A stretch of 29,627 bases of DNA from Corallococcus exercitus. Lineage in GTDB: Bacteria > Myxococcota > Myxococcia > Myxococcales > Myxococcaceae. Under the pieces are notes generated by a model that was not told the DNA's origin, searched no databases, and worked only from the letters and a program-made list of their open reading frames with translations. Each line of letters starts with the position of its first letter. The first letter of the stretch is position 1. This document shows, one piece after another, positions 8,261 through 16,622 of this stretch. The position numbers were made by a program, and so were the translations under genes. The stretch is from assembly GCF_003611585.1 (NCBI RefSeq), contig NZ_RAVW01000068.1, positions 1 through 29,627 of the forward strand. The letters are read 5' to 3'.

Positions 8261-9018
8261 GCACGCGAAAAAAGCTGACACTCATCACCTACGCCCCTGC
8301 CCTCGTGGGCAAAGACAGCCGCACGCTCAATGTCATCCATGGAATGGAGAATGCGTTCCCTGGCTTACGACTGGAGTGGGAAGTTGGCGAAAGTGGGCGC
8401 CCCATCGCGTTGCCACAGCGTGACACCTGGCTCGTGGAAAGAATCGAGGACGGTGGATTCCCGGTCGTGTGCAACGGGGACGAACGTTACCCCGTGACGG
8501 TCTGGGCAATTGAAAGCTCAGGGCTCTCCAGTCCAGGCGGACAGCCCCAATTTGAAGTGCACGCAAAACTGCCACTGGACGGGCCCGTGGTCGCGGCAGC
8601 GGCGGCTCTGCTTGAGGCCGTGGCGGAGGGGGCACGGTCGTTCTGGGGTCATGCGTCGCCGTATGGCTACGGCTCAGAGGTCGCGCAGCAGTTCCGCCGC
8701 TCGCCAGACGACCCCGAGCGTTCACCCCGTGGGCTTCCAATGCTCAACCTTCCGGAGAAGAGCCCCAGGGCGGAGACTCCCTCTTTCCTCGGGTGGCTGA
8801 ACTATTGGTCCGCGGCTGCCGCGGAGGTCATCGGGTTCCCGGATCCTGCTCGCGATGCCGAGTTGCTCACGCGGGCACGTCGCACTCCGTCAGGCGGGTG
8901 GATCGTGCAGCTCACGGATGCACCGCTTGATTACGACAACCCCACTCACCTGGAAGCGCTCAAGCGGGCCTATGAGCGCTTCCCGGTGATTGGCGGGCGC
9001 ACAGCGCCTCGACTGTGA
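8257..9018 (+). CDS. Putative cognate immunity protein (translationally coupled to upstream toxin gene)
   Basis: ATGA start/stop overlap with the upstream gene (ATG 8257-8259 / TGA 8258-8260). Low GC in the 5' half. No signal peptide. No known catalytic motif. Confidence 0.6.
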   Translation: MSTRKKLTLITYAPALVGKDSRTLNVIHGMENAFPGLRLEWEVGESGRPIALPQRDTWLVERIEDGGFPVVCNGDERYPVTVWAIESSGLSSPGGQPQFEVHAKLPLDGPVVAAAAALLEAVAEGARSFWGHASPYGYGSEVAQQFRRSPDDPERSPRGLPMLNLPEKSPRAETPSFLGWLNYWSAAAAEVIGFPDPARDAELLTRARRTPSGGWIVQLTDAPLDYDNPTHLEALKRAYERFPVIGGRTAPRL

Positions 9019-9019
9019 C

Positions 9020-9709
9020 TCAGCCGCGAGCGGCCCGTGCGTCGCGGCCCCGGGCGCGGGCGGCCTTGGAGAGCACGTCGCTCCCCTTCTCCTCGCCCTT
9101 CATCCACGCCTTCATCGCGGGCACCACCTGCTTGCTCCAGGCGCGGCCGGCGCGCATGGGCAGGAAGTCCTGCACCAGCGCGTCCACGAGCCCGGAGAGC
9201 TGCTCGGTCAGCTCCAGCCGTTCGGAGAGCTGATCATCCTCTTCCTCGGTCATCAGCGCGGGCAGCTTGGCGGCGCGGATGTCCAGGAACTCGGAATCGA
9301 GGGTGACTTCGTATTCGCGCTCGCCGTGCGAGATGCGCAGCCGCGCCTGGGACACCAGCAGGCCCCGGTCCAGCGAGTGGCGAACGTTCTCCGAGTACGG
9401 CGCCAGCGTGCCCTTGGCGCTCATCTCCGTGACGTCGCCGGCCACGCCGCGCAGCACCACCTTGCCCAGGAAGAGGACGACCACGCCCGCGCCGTCGAAC
9501 TCCACGAGGGGGTCACCCGACTCCGAGCGCCACAACAGCCACGTCATGAACTCGCGGCCCAGGTAGGCCCGGCCGCGCAGCAGCTGTTCGCGGGCCTTGC
9601 CCTTTTCGACTTCGGCTTCGTCCTTCTCCTCCTCGGTGGCGACGCCATCCACGCCAACATCGCCCCGTGCGAACGCCGCCTCTTCCCTCGCCTGCTCACG
9701 CTTCGCCAT
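9020..9709 (-). CDS. rdgC: RdgC-like recombination-associated protein, C-terminal portion (gene apparently split by frameshift)
   Basis: Recalled similarity of the C-terminal ~100 aa to the E. coli RdgC C-terminal region; acidic linker after MAKREQ. Starts 13 nt inside the end of the preceding RdgC N-terminal ORF, in another frame. Confidence 0.45.
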   Translation of the reverse strand: MAKREQAREEAAFARGDVGVDGVATEEEKDEAEVEKGKAREQLLRGRAYLGREFMTWLLWRSESGDPLVEFDGAGVVVLFLGKVVLRGVAGDVTEMSAKGTLAPYSENVRHSLDRGLLVSQARLRISHGEREYEVTLDSEFLDIRAAKLPALMTEEEDDQLSERLELTEQLSGLVDALVQDFLPMRAGRAWSKQVVPAMKAWMKGEEKGSDVLSKAARARGRDARAARG

Positions 9710-10346
9710 GGGCGTCCTCCACCGAAGCCGTCGCCGGCAGGTCCATGCCAATGAGCTCCGCCGTGGGGCCCAGGGCCTTCTCGTCGATGCCCGCGCGCTG
9801 CGCCATGGACGCGGGCGTGATGCCAATCACCTTCACCGCCAGGGCGCCTTCCAGCGCCACGCAGATTTCATCCACCGTCTTGCGCGACGCGGCCCAGATT
9901 TGCACCGTCTGCGTCTTCAGGTTCCACGTCACGTCCAGCACGCTGGTGCGCGGCACGGCGCGCTGACGCAACAGCTGCTTGAGCTCAGCGCGCTGCTTGT
10001 TCTTCTCCGCGCGCGCGGGCGGCCGGCCGTTCTCCTTTGCGAAGGCGGCGGACCACTTGTCCAGCTCCGACTTCATCATCGACGCGGGCACCTTCAGCGT
10101 GTCGATGCGGAAGCCGAACAGGGCGTACTCGCCATAGAAGAGGTTTCCGGTGGCGAACTCGGAGGACTCCGGGTTCTCCAGCTCCACGAAACCCGCGGCG
10201 CGCTCCTCCTCGGAGCGGCGGTCGATGGGTTCGAATGCATGGGACTTGAGTCCCTTGGTCAACCAGCGCTTGACGTCGGACGGCGCATCCTTGGCCGGCT
10301 CGGTCCGGAAGCGCGAAAAGGTCACGGCACCACGTAGGACAGGCAT
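9696..10346 (-). CDS. rdgC: RdgC-like recombination-associated protein, N-terminal ~215 aa
   Basis: MPVLRGAVTFSRFRTEP..., then LKQLLRQRAVPRTSVLDVTWNLKTQTVQIWAASRKTVDEICVALEGAL, which aligns with E. coli RdgC [50 protein letters not shown]. ATG at 10346; the upstream extension in the ORF track is Arg-rich junk. Confidence 0.6.
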   Translation of the reverse strand: MPVLRGAVTFSRFRTEPAKDAPSDVKRWLTKGLKSHAFEPIDRRSEEERAAGFVELENPESSEFATGNLFYGEYALFGFRIDTLKVPASMMKSELDKWSAAFAKENGRPPARAEKNKQRAELKQLLRQRAVPRTSVLDVTWNLKTQTVQIWAASRKTVDEICVALEGALAVKVIGITPASMAQRAGIDEKALGPTAELIGMDLPATASVEDAHGEA

Positions 10347-10497
10347 GGGGCGCGGCAGGATGGGGGGCGCGTGGCGTCGCGTCAAGGCACTCGGTGTGGC
10401 TGGACGGAGCGGCCCGGGAATAGCCCGCGCGCGAAACCGTTTGCCCGTGCTCCGTCCAACCGTGCACGCCTCCGCCCCTCCCCGCCGGCGGGAAACC

Positions 10498-12021
10498 ATG
10501 ACACTCCCAGGCACGCGACATACGGTGGCCGCCGCCATGCGCCGCGCCCTCTTCCCCGCCAGCGTTGCCCTCTTCCTGTCCGCCTGCACCCACGCGCCCG
10601 CCACGCCGGACGGCGCCCCGCGTAACACCCTGCCCGGGGTGACGAACGCCCTGCTGGGGACCCTGGAGGCGGACGGGGCGATCACCGGCGCCTATGTGGT
10701 GGATGCACGCACCGGGGAGCCCCTCTTCACCCACCGGGAGAACGTGCGGCTGTTGCCCGCGTCCACGATGAAGGTGGTGTCCACCTCCGCCGCGCTGTCC
10801 GCGCTGGGGGCGGACTTCCGCTTCGTGACGCCGGTGTCCCTGGAGGGCTCGCAGACGGGAGGCCTGTTCCTGGGCGACGTGGTGGCGCAGGCGTCCGGGG
10901 ACCCGTCGCTGGGCTCGTGGCGCTTCCCGGAGACGGCGCTCGCGTGCGACCGCATCGCGGAAGCCTTCCAGGCTCGCGGCATCCACCAGTGGCGCGGCAA
11001 CGTGCGCATCGCCGGCACGGACGGCGTGGATGGCGGCCTGGGCCCCGGCTGGGCCTGGGACGACGCGGCGTATGCCTACAGCGCGGCGCCCACGCCCTTC
11101 GTCTTCCGCGAGAACGTGGTGGACCTGGCGCTGGCACGCGCTCCCGGCGCCACCTGCGCGGACGCGCCTTCCGTCCAGTGGACCCCCACCTTCGCCACGC
11201 TGTCCGCGGTGGTGAACGTGGACGTCAACGCGGAGCGCACGAACCTGGCCTGCGTGCGCGGCGGTGGCGGCGTGCGCTGCACCTGGCGCTCGCCCTCCGG
11301 TGGGCCGTGCCCCCAGTCCGCCGCGGTGAAGCTGTCCGTGGACGCGCCGGAGGCCCTCTTCGCCGCGTGCGTGGACGACGCGCTGGCGCGGCACGGGGTG
11401 ACGCGGCTGCCGCTCTCGCTGGAGGCCCCCACCTCGCCCATGCCGCCGGTGCCGGTGCCGCTGGTGGAGCTGACCAGCCCGCCCCTGTCGGAGCTGGTGC
11501 GCGCGACGAACAAGGAGAGCCTCAACCTGTACGCGGAGCGGCTGGGCATGCGCTTCGCGCGCGAGCGCACCGGCAACGAGGGCTACGCCGCGCTGCGCAC
11601 GGCCCTGGTCGCGGAGCTGACGCGCCGGGGCGTGCCGTCCAAGGACCTGCGCCCGGTGGATGGCAGCGGCCTGTCCCGCTACAACCTGGCGTCGCCCCGG
11701 GGCATGGCGCGGGTGCTGCTCACCAGCCTCCAGGAGCCCTACGGCGCCGCGCTGGTGGACAGCCTGCCGGTGCTGGGCGTGGACGGGACGCTCGCGGGCC
11801 GCAAGACGACGCTGTCCACCGCGGGCCGCATCCGCGCGAAGACGGGAACGCTCACGGGCCAGAAGTGCTTCGTGGGCGTGGCGGAGCGGCCCAACGACCC
11901 GGAGCACCCGCGCGTCGTCTTCGCGCTGATGCTCGGCAACATGGACGAGGGCACGAAGCCCAACGCCAATGAGACCTTCGACACCTTCTCCACCGCCCTG
12001 GTGGAGCTGCCCCTGCGATGA
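10498..12021 (+). CDS. dacB: D-alanyl-D-alanine carboxypeptidase/endopeptidase, PBP4 (peptidase S13) family lipoprotein
   Basis: Lipobox: MRRALFPASVALFLSAC. S13 signature AITGAYVVDARTGEPLF...LLPASTMKV (SxxK), then LSRYNLASPRGM, KTGTL. The ATG at 10498 starts the ORF as MTLPG..; MRRALF (10537) is an alternative. The ORF-track entry 10150 is extended upstream. Confidence 0.85.
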   Translation: MTLPGTRHTVAAAMRRALFPASVALFLSACTHAPATPDGAPRNTLPGVTNALLGTLEADGAITGAYVVDARTGEPLFTHRENVRLLPASTMKVVSTSAALSALGADFRFVTPVSLEGSQTGGLFLGDVVAQASGDPSLGSWRFPETALACDRIAEAFQARGIHQWRGNVRIAGTDGVDGGLGPGWAWDDAAYAYSAAPTPFVFRENVVDLALARAPGATCADAPSVQWTPTFATLSAVVNVDVNAERTNLACVRGGGGVRCTWRSPSGGPCPQSAAVKLSVDAPEALFAACVDDALARHGVTRLPLSLEAPTSPMPPVPVPLVELTSPPLSELVRATNKESLNLYAERLGMRFARERTGNEGYAALRTALVAELTRRGVPSKDLRPVDGSGLSRYNLASPRGMARVLLTSLQEPYGAALVDSLPVLGVDGTLAGRKTTLSTAGRIRAKTGTLTGQKCFVGVAERPNDPEHPRVVFALMLGNMDEGTKPNANETFDTFSTALVELPLR

Positions 12022-12058
12022 GCGTCCCGCAGGGGACCACCCGCATGCGAGGTGAAAC

Positions 12059-14239
12059 ATGAAGTCCAGAATCGCAGTGACGACCGCCGCGCTGATGCTG
12101 CCGCTCGTGGCGGCAGCCGCCGGCAAGGCGCCCGCGAAGCCCGCCGCCGCGGAGAAGCAGCCCGTGGAGACCACCTACCACGGCACCACCGTGTCGGACC
12201 CGTACCAGTGGATGGAGTCCGCCACCGACCCCAAGGTCCAGCAGTGGACCGACTCGCAGAACACATACACGCGCGCGTACCTGGACAAGCTCCCCGGCCG
12301 CGAGCCGCTGCGCCAGCGCATCACGGAGATCCTGTCCTGGAAGTCGCCCGGCTACGGCGGCCTGGACGAGCAGGGCGGCACGCTGCTGGGGCTGAAGTAC
12401 CAGCCGCCCAAGCAGCAGCCCACGCTCATCGTGGTGGGCTCGCTGGACGACACGTCGAAGGAGCGCGTGCTGGTGGACCCCACGGTGGTGGACACCTCCG
12501 GCAAGACGACCATCGACTGGTTCCAGCTGTCACACGACGGCAAGAAGGTCGCGGTCTCCATGTCCAAGAGCGGCACGGAGAGCGGTGACGTCACGGTGTG
12601 GGACGTGGCCACGGCGAAGGCGGTGCCCAACGAGCTGGTGCCCCGCGTCAACAGCGGCACGGCGGGCGGCAGCCTCGCGTGGAACGCGCAGGGCACGGGC
12701 TTCTTCTACACGCGCCATCCCCGCGGCGAGGAGCGCCCGCCCGCGGACCGCGACGTGTACCAGCAGGTGTACTTCCACACGCTGGGCACGCCCACGGAGA
12801 AGGACACGTACGCGCTGGGCAAGGACTTCCCGCGCATCGCGATGACGGAGCTGGAGTCCAGCGACGACGGCCAGTACACCTTCGCGCGCGTGGCCAACGG
12901 CGACGGCGGCGAGTACGACCTGTACCTGCACGGCCCCAAGGGCACCTGGACGCAGGTGGCGAAGTACGCGGACAAGGTGGTGGCGGCGCGCTTCGGCGGC
13001 GACGGCGCGGCGTACCTGCTCAGCCGCAAGGACGCCCCGAAGGGCAAGGTGCTGCGCCTGCCGCTGGCCACGCCCACGCTGGACAAGGCCACCGTCATCG
13101 TCCCGGAGGGCGAGGCGACGGTGCAGGCCGTGGTGCCGACGAAGAGCCGCCTGTACCTGCTGGAGCAGCTGGGCGGTCCGTCGCAGCTGCGCATGGTGGA
13201 CCTGACGGGCAAGGCCCTGGGGCTGGTGCCCACGCTGCCGGTGTCGTCGGTGGGCGGCCTGGTCCGCCAGGGCGCGGACGACCTGCTCGTCGTCAACGGC
13301 AGCTTCACCCAGCCGGCCGCGTGGTTCCGCTACTCGGCGGAGGGCAACAAGCTCACGAAGACGGCGCTGGCTCGCACGGCGCCCGTCGACATGAGCGACG
13401 TGGAGGTGGTGCGCACGGAGGCCACGTCCAAGGACGGCACCAAGGTGCCGCTCACCATCCTGAAGAAGAAGGGCACGAAGCTGAACGGGAACAACCCCAC
13501 GCTGCTCACCGGCTACGGCGGCTTCAACGTCTCCATCTCCCCGGGCTACAACCCGGTCACCGGCATGTGGCTGGAGCAGGGCGGCGTGTTCGCGGTGGCG
13601 AACCTGCGCGGCGGCTCGGAGTTCGGCGAGGAGTGGCACAAGGGCGGCTCGCTCACGAAGAAGCAGAACGTGTTCGACGACTTCTACGCGTGCGCGAAGC
13701 TGCTGGTGGACCAGAAGTACACGCAGCCGAAGAAGCTGGCCATCCAGGGCGGCAGCAACGGCGGCCTGCTGATGGGCGCGGCCCTGACGCAGCACCCGGA
13801 GCAGTACGGCGCGGTGGTGGCGCGCGTCGGCATCTACGACATGCTGCGCACGGAGCTGACGCCCAACGGCCAGTTCAACGTCACCGAGTACGGCTCGGTG
13901 AAGGACCCGGAGCAGTTCAAGGCGCTGTACAACTACTCGCCGGTGCACCAGGTGAAGGACGGGACGAAGTACCCGTCGGTGCTCTTCACGTCCGGGGCCA
14001 ATGACCCGCGCGTGGATCCGTACCACTCGCGCAAGATGGTGGCCCGGATGCAGGCGGCGACGGCGTCCCCCAAGCCCATCCTGCTGCGCGCCGACGCGGA
14101 GACGGGCCACGGCCTGGGCACGCCGCTGGCCGCGCGCATCGAGGAGGAGGTGGACGTCTACTCCTTCGTCTTCAACGAGCTGGGCATGACGTACAAGCCC
14201 AACGCGACGAAGAAGGTCAGCGCGCCCGCGCCGAAGTAG
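12059..14239 (+). CDS. Secreted prolyl oligopeptidase (peptidase S9A), paralogue of the Myxococcus xanthus prolyl endopeptidase
   Basis: Signal peptide MKSRIAVTTAALMLPLVAAAAG. TYHGTTVSDPYQWME (vs MX PEP LHGVQVADPYRWLE). KKQNVFDDFYACAKLLVDQKYTQPKKLAIQGGSNGGLLMGAALTQHPEQYGAVV is near-identical in pattern to MX PEP, including GGSNGG. Begins 37 bp after dacB, so probably an operon. Confidence 0.9.
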   Translation: MKSRIAVTTAALMLPLVAAAAGKAPAKPAAAEKQPVETTYHGTTVSDPYQWMESATDPKVQQWTDSQNTYTRAYLDKLPGREPLRQRITEILSWKSPGYGGLDEQGGTLLGLKYQPPKQQPTLIVVGSLDDTSKERVLVDPTVVDTSGKTTIDWFQLSHDGKKVAVSMSKSGTESGDVTVWDVATAKAVPNELVPRVNSGTAGGSLAWNAQGTGFFYTRHPRGEERPPADRDVYQQVYFHTLGTPTEKDTYALGKDFPRIAMTELESSDDGQYTFARVANGDGGEYDLYLHGPKGTWTQVAKYADKVVAARFGGDGAAYLLSRKDAPKGKVLRLPLATPTLDKATVIVPEGEATVQAVVPTKSRLYLLEQLGGPSQLRMVDLTGKALGLVPTLPVSSVGGLVRQGADDLLVVNGSFTQPAAWFRYSAEGNKLTKTALARTAPVDMSDVEVVRTEATSKDGTKVPLTILKKKGTKLNGNNPTLLTGYGGFNVSISPGYNPVTGMWLEQGGVFAVANLRGGSEFGEEWHKGGSLTKKQNVFDDFYACAKLLVDQKYTQPKKLAIQGGSNGGLLMGAALTQHPEQYGAVVARVGIYDMLRTELTPNGQFNVTEYGSVKDPEQFKALYNYSPVHQVKDGTKYPSVLFTSGANDPRVDPYHSRKMVARMQAATASPKPILLRADAETGHGLGTPLAARIEEEVDVYSFVFNELGMTYKPNATKKVSAPAPK

Positions 14240-14256
14240 TCCTGCTTCTCCACACG

Positions 14257-14301
14257 CCCGTCTCCCGAGCCCCAGGGCTTGGAGACGGGCGTTTCTTCTT
14301 C
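14257..14301 (+). terminator. Rho-independent terminator after the peptidase operon
   Basis: CCCGTCTCC-(15 nt)-GGAGACGGG followed by GTTTCTTCTTCC, immediately after the 14239 stop. Confidence 0.65.
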
Positions 14302-14328
14302 CCTGTTTCGTGGCAGCCTGCCGCCCCC

Positions 14329-14766
14329 ATGAGCCCGCTCATCCCCTACTTCATCCTTTCGCCCGTGGTCGCGGGCGGCCTTGCCTGGTGGACGCTCACC
14401 CGCCTTGGAAAGAAGCGGAACGCCCGCGCGAAGGGTTCGCTCGACGCGGTGGTGACGCGGCTGCGAGGGCAGAAGGCCACCGGCACGGCGGACCTCTTCG
14501 TCCAGGACGTGTCCTGGTCCGGAGAGACGGAGCTGTCGCCGCAGAACTGCCGCATCCGCGTGGTGATGGGCGGCCGGGACGCCGCGAGCATTCCTCCGCG
14601 CTTCGAGGTGGAGAGCGCACCGGGAGCCCCCCGCCCGCCCGCGGACGTGCTCGCGGCGCTGCGGGTGCTGGATGCGCAGGCGACGGAGGCCCTGAAGTCC
14701 GGCGGCTGGAGCTGGCAGCGGCCCACGGTGTCCTTCGAGCCAGTGAAGGCACCTCCCTCGGCATGA
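14329..14766 (+). CDS. Hypothetical protein with one N-terminal TM helix
   Basis: LIPYFILSPVVAGGLAWWTLTRL hydrophobic segment. High-GC codon usage. No recognisable domains. Confidence 0.55.
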   Translation: MSPLIPYFILSPVVAGGLAWWTLTRLGKKRNARAKGSLDAVVTRLRGQKATGTADLFVQDVSWSGETELSPQNCRIRVVMGGRDAASIPPRFEVESAPGAPRPPADVLAALRVLDAQATEALKSGGWSWQRPTVSFEPVKAPPSA

Positions 14767-14962
14767 AGGGGAGGGGCTCACTAGCGCCAAGCGACGGAAT
14801 ACTCGGCGCTTGCGGCAAACTCCGCGCCGAACTCTGCGCGACTAAAATACGACTACTCTCAAGACAACTCAGATCCGGGCTATATCCACCGGGCCTCTGA
14901 ATTCATCTCACGAGAAAGTCTCCCCCGATAAGAGCAACTCACATCGGCAGTTCCCCGAAACC

Positions 14963-15814
14963 ATGACAATAGCGGCCGCCTGGATCCGCCAGACGAAAAC
15001 TGTTCAAGAGCTTTTCATCGCATCAGATAGCCGACTTTCTGGAGGCATGCGTTGGGATCAGTGCCCCAAAATATTGGTACTTCCTAGATCAGACTGCGCG
15101 ATCTGCTTTGCTGGAGATACCGGCTACACATATCCACTAATGCTACAGCTGGCGAACGCAATCGATGCCTTTGAAAAATCCCGTACGCGCGCCGACGACA
15201 TTCGAAAATTGCGTGGCCATGTCGTCAAAACATTTAACGCACTATACGATGCAATTAAGGGCCAAGCTCCCGGCGAAGATGCGGCGGGGACTGAGTTTCT
15301 ATTAGCAGGCTACTCGTGGGTTTCAAAAGAGTTCAAGATCTGGAAGATCGCGTACAACAAGACCGAGAAGAAATTCGTCCACATTACTCCCAGGGCTCTA
15401 CTTGGCACACAGCTTCGAGTTGTTGAGTTTGCTGGCGACTGGGCGCCCATCGCTCGCAACAGACTAAGAACCCTGATGAAAACCCGTCTTGGTCCTCCAC
15501 CCCTGAAACGATGGAGAGGCCTTGACATGGAACCGCTAGAAGTCATTCGAGACCTGCTTCGTAGCAGCGGCCCTGATGACACCATTGGCGGCGCACCACA
15601 AGTCGTAAAGATTTTCCAACATCTCAATGCTCGCCCATACATAATCCCATGGATACATGAGGGGAAAACAATTCATACCCTTTTTGGACGGCACCTACTC
15701 CCATACGAAACTACTCGCCTTGGCATTCTAGATGTGGACACGATGCAGACATCTAGGCATGGCCTAAAAAATCCAACCACGCAAGAAAGGCATATTTTCT
15801 CCTATTCCTTTTAA
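14963..15814 (+). CDS. Proteasome-beta/HslV-like N-terminal-nucleophile (Ntn) hydrolase-fold protein with ~100-aa C-terminal extension (islet gene)
   Basis: MTIAAAW (Thr directly after Met, as for a Thr1 nucleophile). [13 protein letters not shown] and [35 protein letters not shown] resemble HslV TTIVSVRR..VVIAGDGQATLGN and [36 protein letters not shown] resembles the proteasome LLVGGYD motif. Lies in a visibly AT-richer region. Confidence 0.55.
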   Translation: [283 protein letters not shown]

Positions 15815-15844
15815 TCGCAACAAGAACGACACGATTATCGGAGA

Positions 15845-15870
15845 GGGAAACATGAGGGTTTCCCTTATCT
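15845..15870 (+). terminator. Hairpin downstream of the Ntn-like gene
   Basis: GGGAAAC-atgag-GGTTTCCC followed by TTATCT. Confidence 0.4.
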
Positions 15871-15946
15871 AGCAAGTCAATCAGCGTGCGTTCGCCCGGT
15901 CGCTGCGTGCGACGACACTGGCGCACGGGCAGAGAGGAAGGCCACC

Positions 15947-16460
15947 ATGACGCGCAAGGAGGCCATCCACAAAGAGCAAGTGCGAGCGTTCTTGACGGAG
16001 GCTTTCGAGGACGACCTGTACGTCAACCGAATCCTCTTCCTCTCACACACGCCCATGGGCGGCACAGACCACCAGTCTGTCCGTAGCGGTCATTGGCAAG
16101 GCCATGGCGTGGGCACGGGACGAGGACGACACCTCCAAGCATGCCGTGAAGCAAGTGGACCACCTGCTGTCCAATGGGAGCTTCGAGGTCTGGAAGCTGT
16201 TCGATGCCTGTATGCTTCGTGCTGGCCGAGCGCACTGAGTCGTGACAATGACAGGGAACCGCATCTTGATCACGCCTACGGCAGCAAGGACACTGCCCCC
16301 GAAGCATCTCGTCCACGCACGGGCGGAGCGCCACCACCACCTACCGGAGTCGGTTCCTACCCAGGAAAGGCGAAGGTCTGTGCGCGGTTTGAGCATCAGG
16401 CTCCCCGAAGTTGAGTGCGTTGCCTGCCGCCCGCACAGCGGAACTTCTGTGACGGGCTGA
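15947..16460 (+). pseudogene. Decayed gene remnant spread over three reading frames (at least two frameshifts)
   Basis: Frame a: MTRKEAIHKEQVRAFLTEAFEDDLYVNRILFLSHTPMGG. Frame b: VIGKAMAWARDEDDTSKHAVKQVDHLLSNGSFEVWKLFDACMLRAGRAH. Frame c: MTGNRILITPTAARTLPPKHLVHARAE.... Each piece looks protein-like, but they are not colinear in one frame. Confidence 0.35.
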
Positions 16461-16503
16461 GGAATGCAGCGCCACCATGCGCCGCATGTCCTCGTCCTTC
16501 CTC
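16417..16503 (+). repeat. Direct repeat copy 1 (87 nt): diverged duplicate of the 5'UTR + first 10 codons (MRRMSS[S/T]FL) of the downstream alanine-racemase-fold gene
   Basis: Gap-free alignment with 17514-17600, 69/87 identical (by-eye count). Core CATGCGCCGCATGTCCTCG[T/A]CCTTCCTC is 29/30 identical. Confidence 0.7.
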
Positions 16504-16622
16504 AAGTCGCCCCCCTCACATGGGGAGAGGTCTTGCCCCCATCCAATGTGGGCGACTTTAATGCAGCAGCAAAGGAACGGGCGAACTGCTCTCGCAACTG
16601 ACCAGCGCGCCTCCAGCTCTCT

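Noticed and set aside
9985-12174. 729-aa minus-strand ORF (and 10917-11972 +, 12530-14110 -, 12598-14004 +)
   Set aside because: Antisense or alternative frames of the PBP4 and prolyl-oligopeptidase genes, which have unambiguous family motifs; the products are poly-Arg/Gly/His junk.
14846-14854. AATACGACT, a 9-nt match to the core of the phage T7 promoter (TAATACGACTCACTATA), upstream of the islet's first gene
   Set aside because: Only 9 of 17 positions match and the downstream CACTATAG part is absent. A 9-mer match is expected by chance at a non-trivial rate in 30 kb (about 0.2 expected occurrences over both strands).
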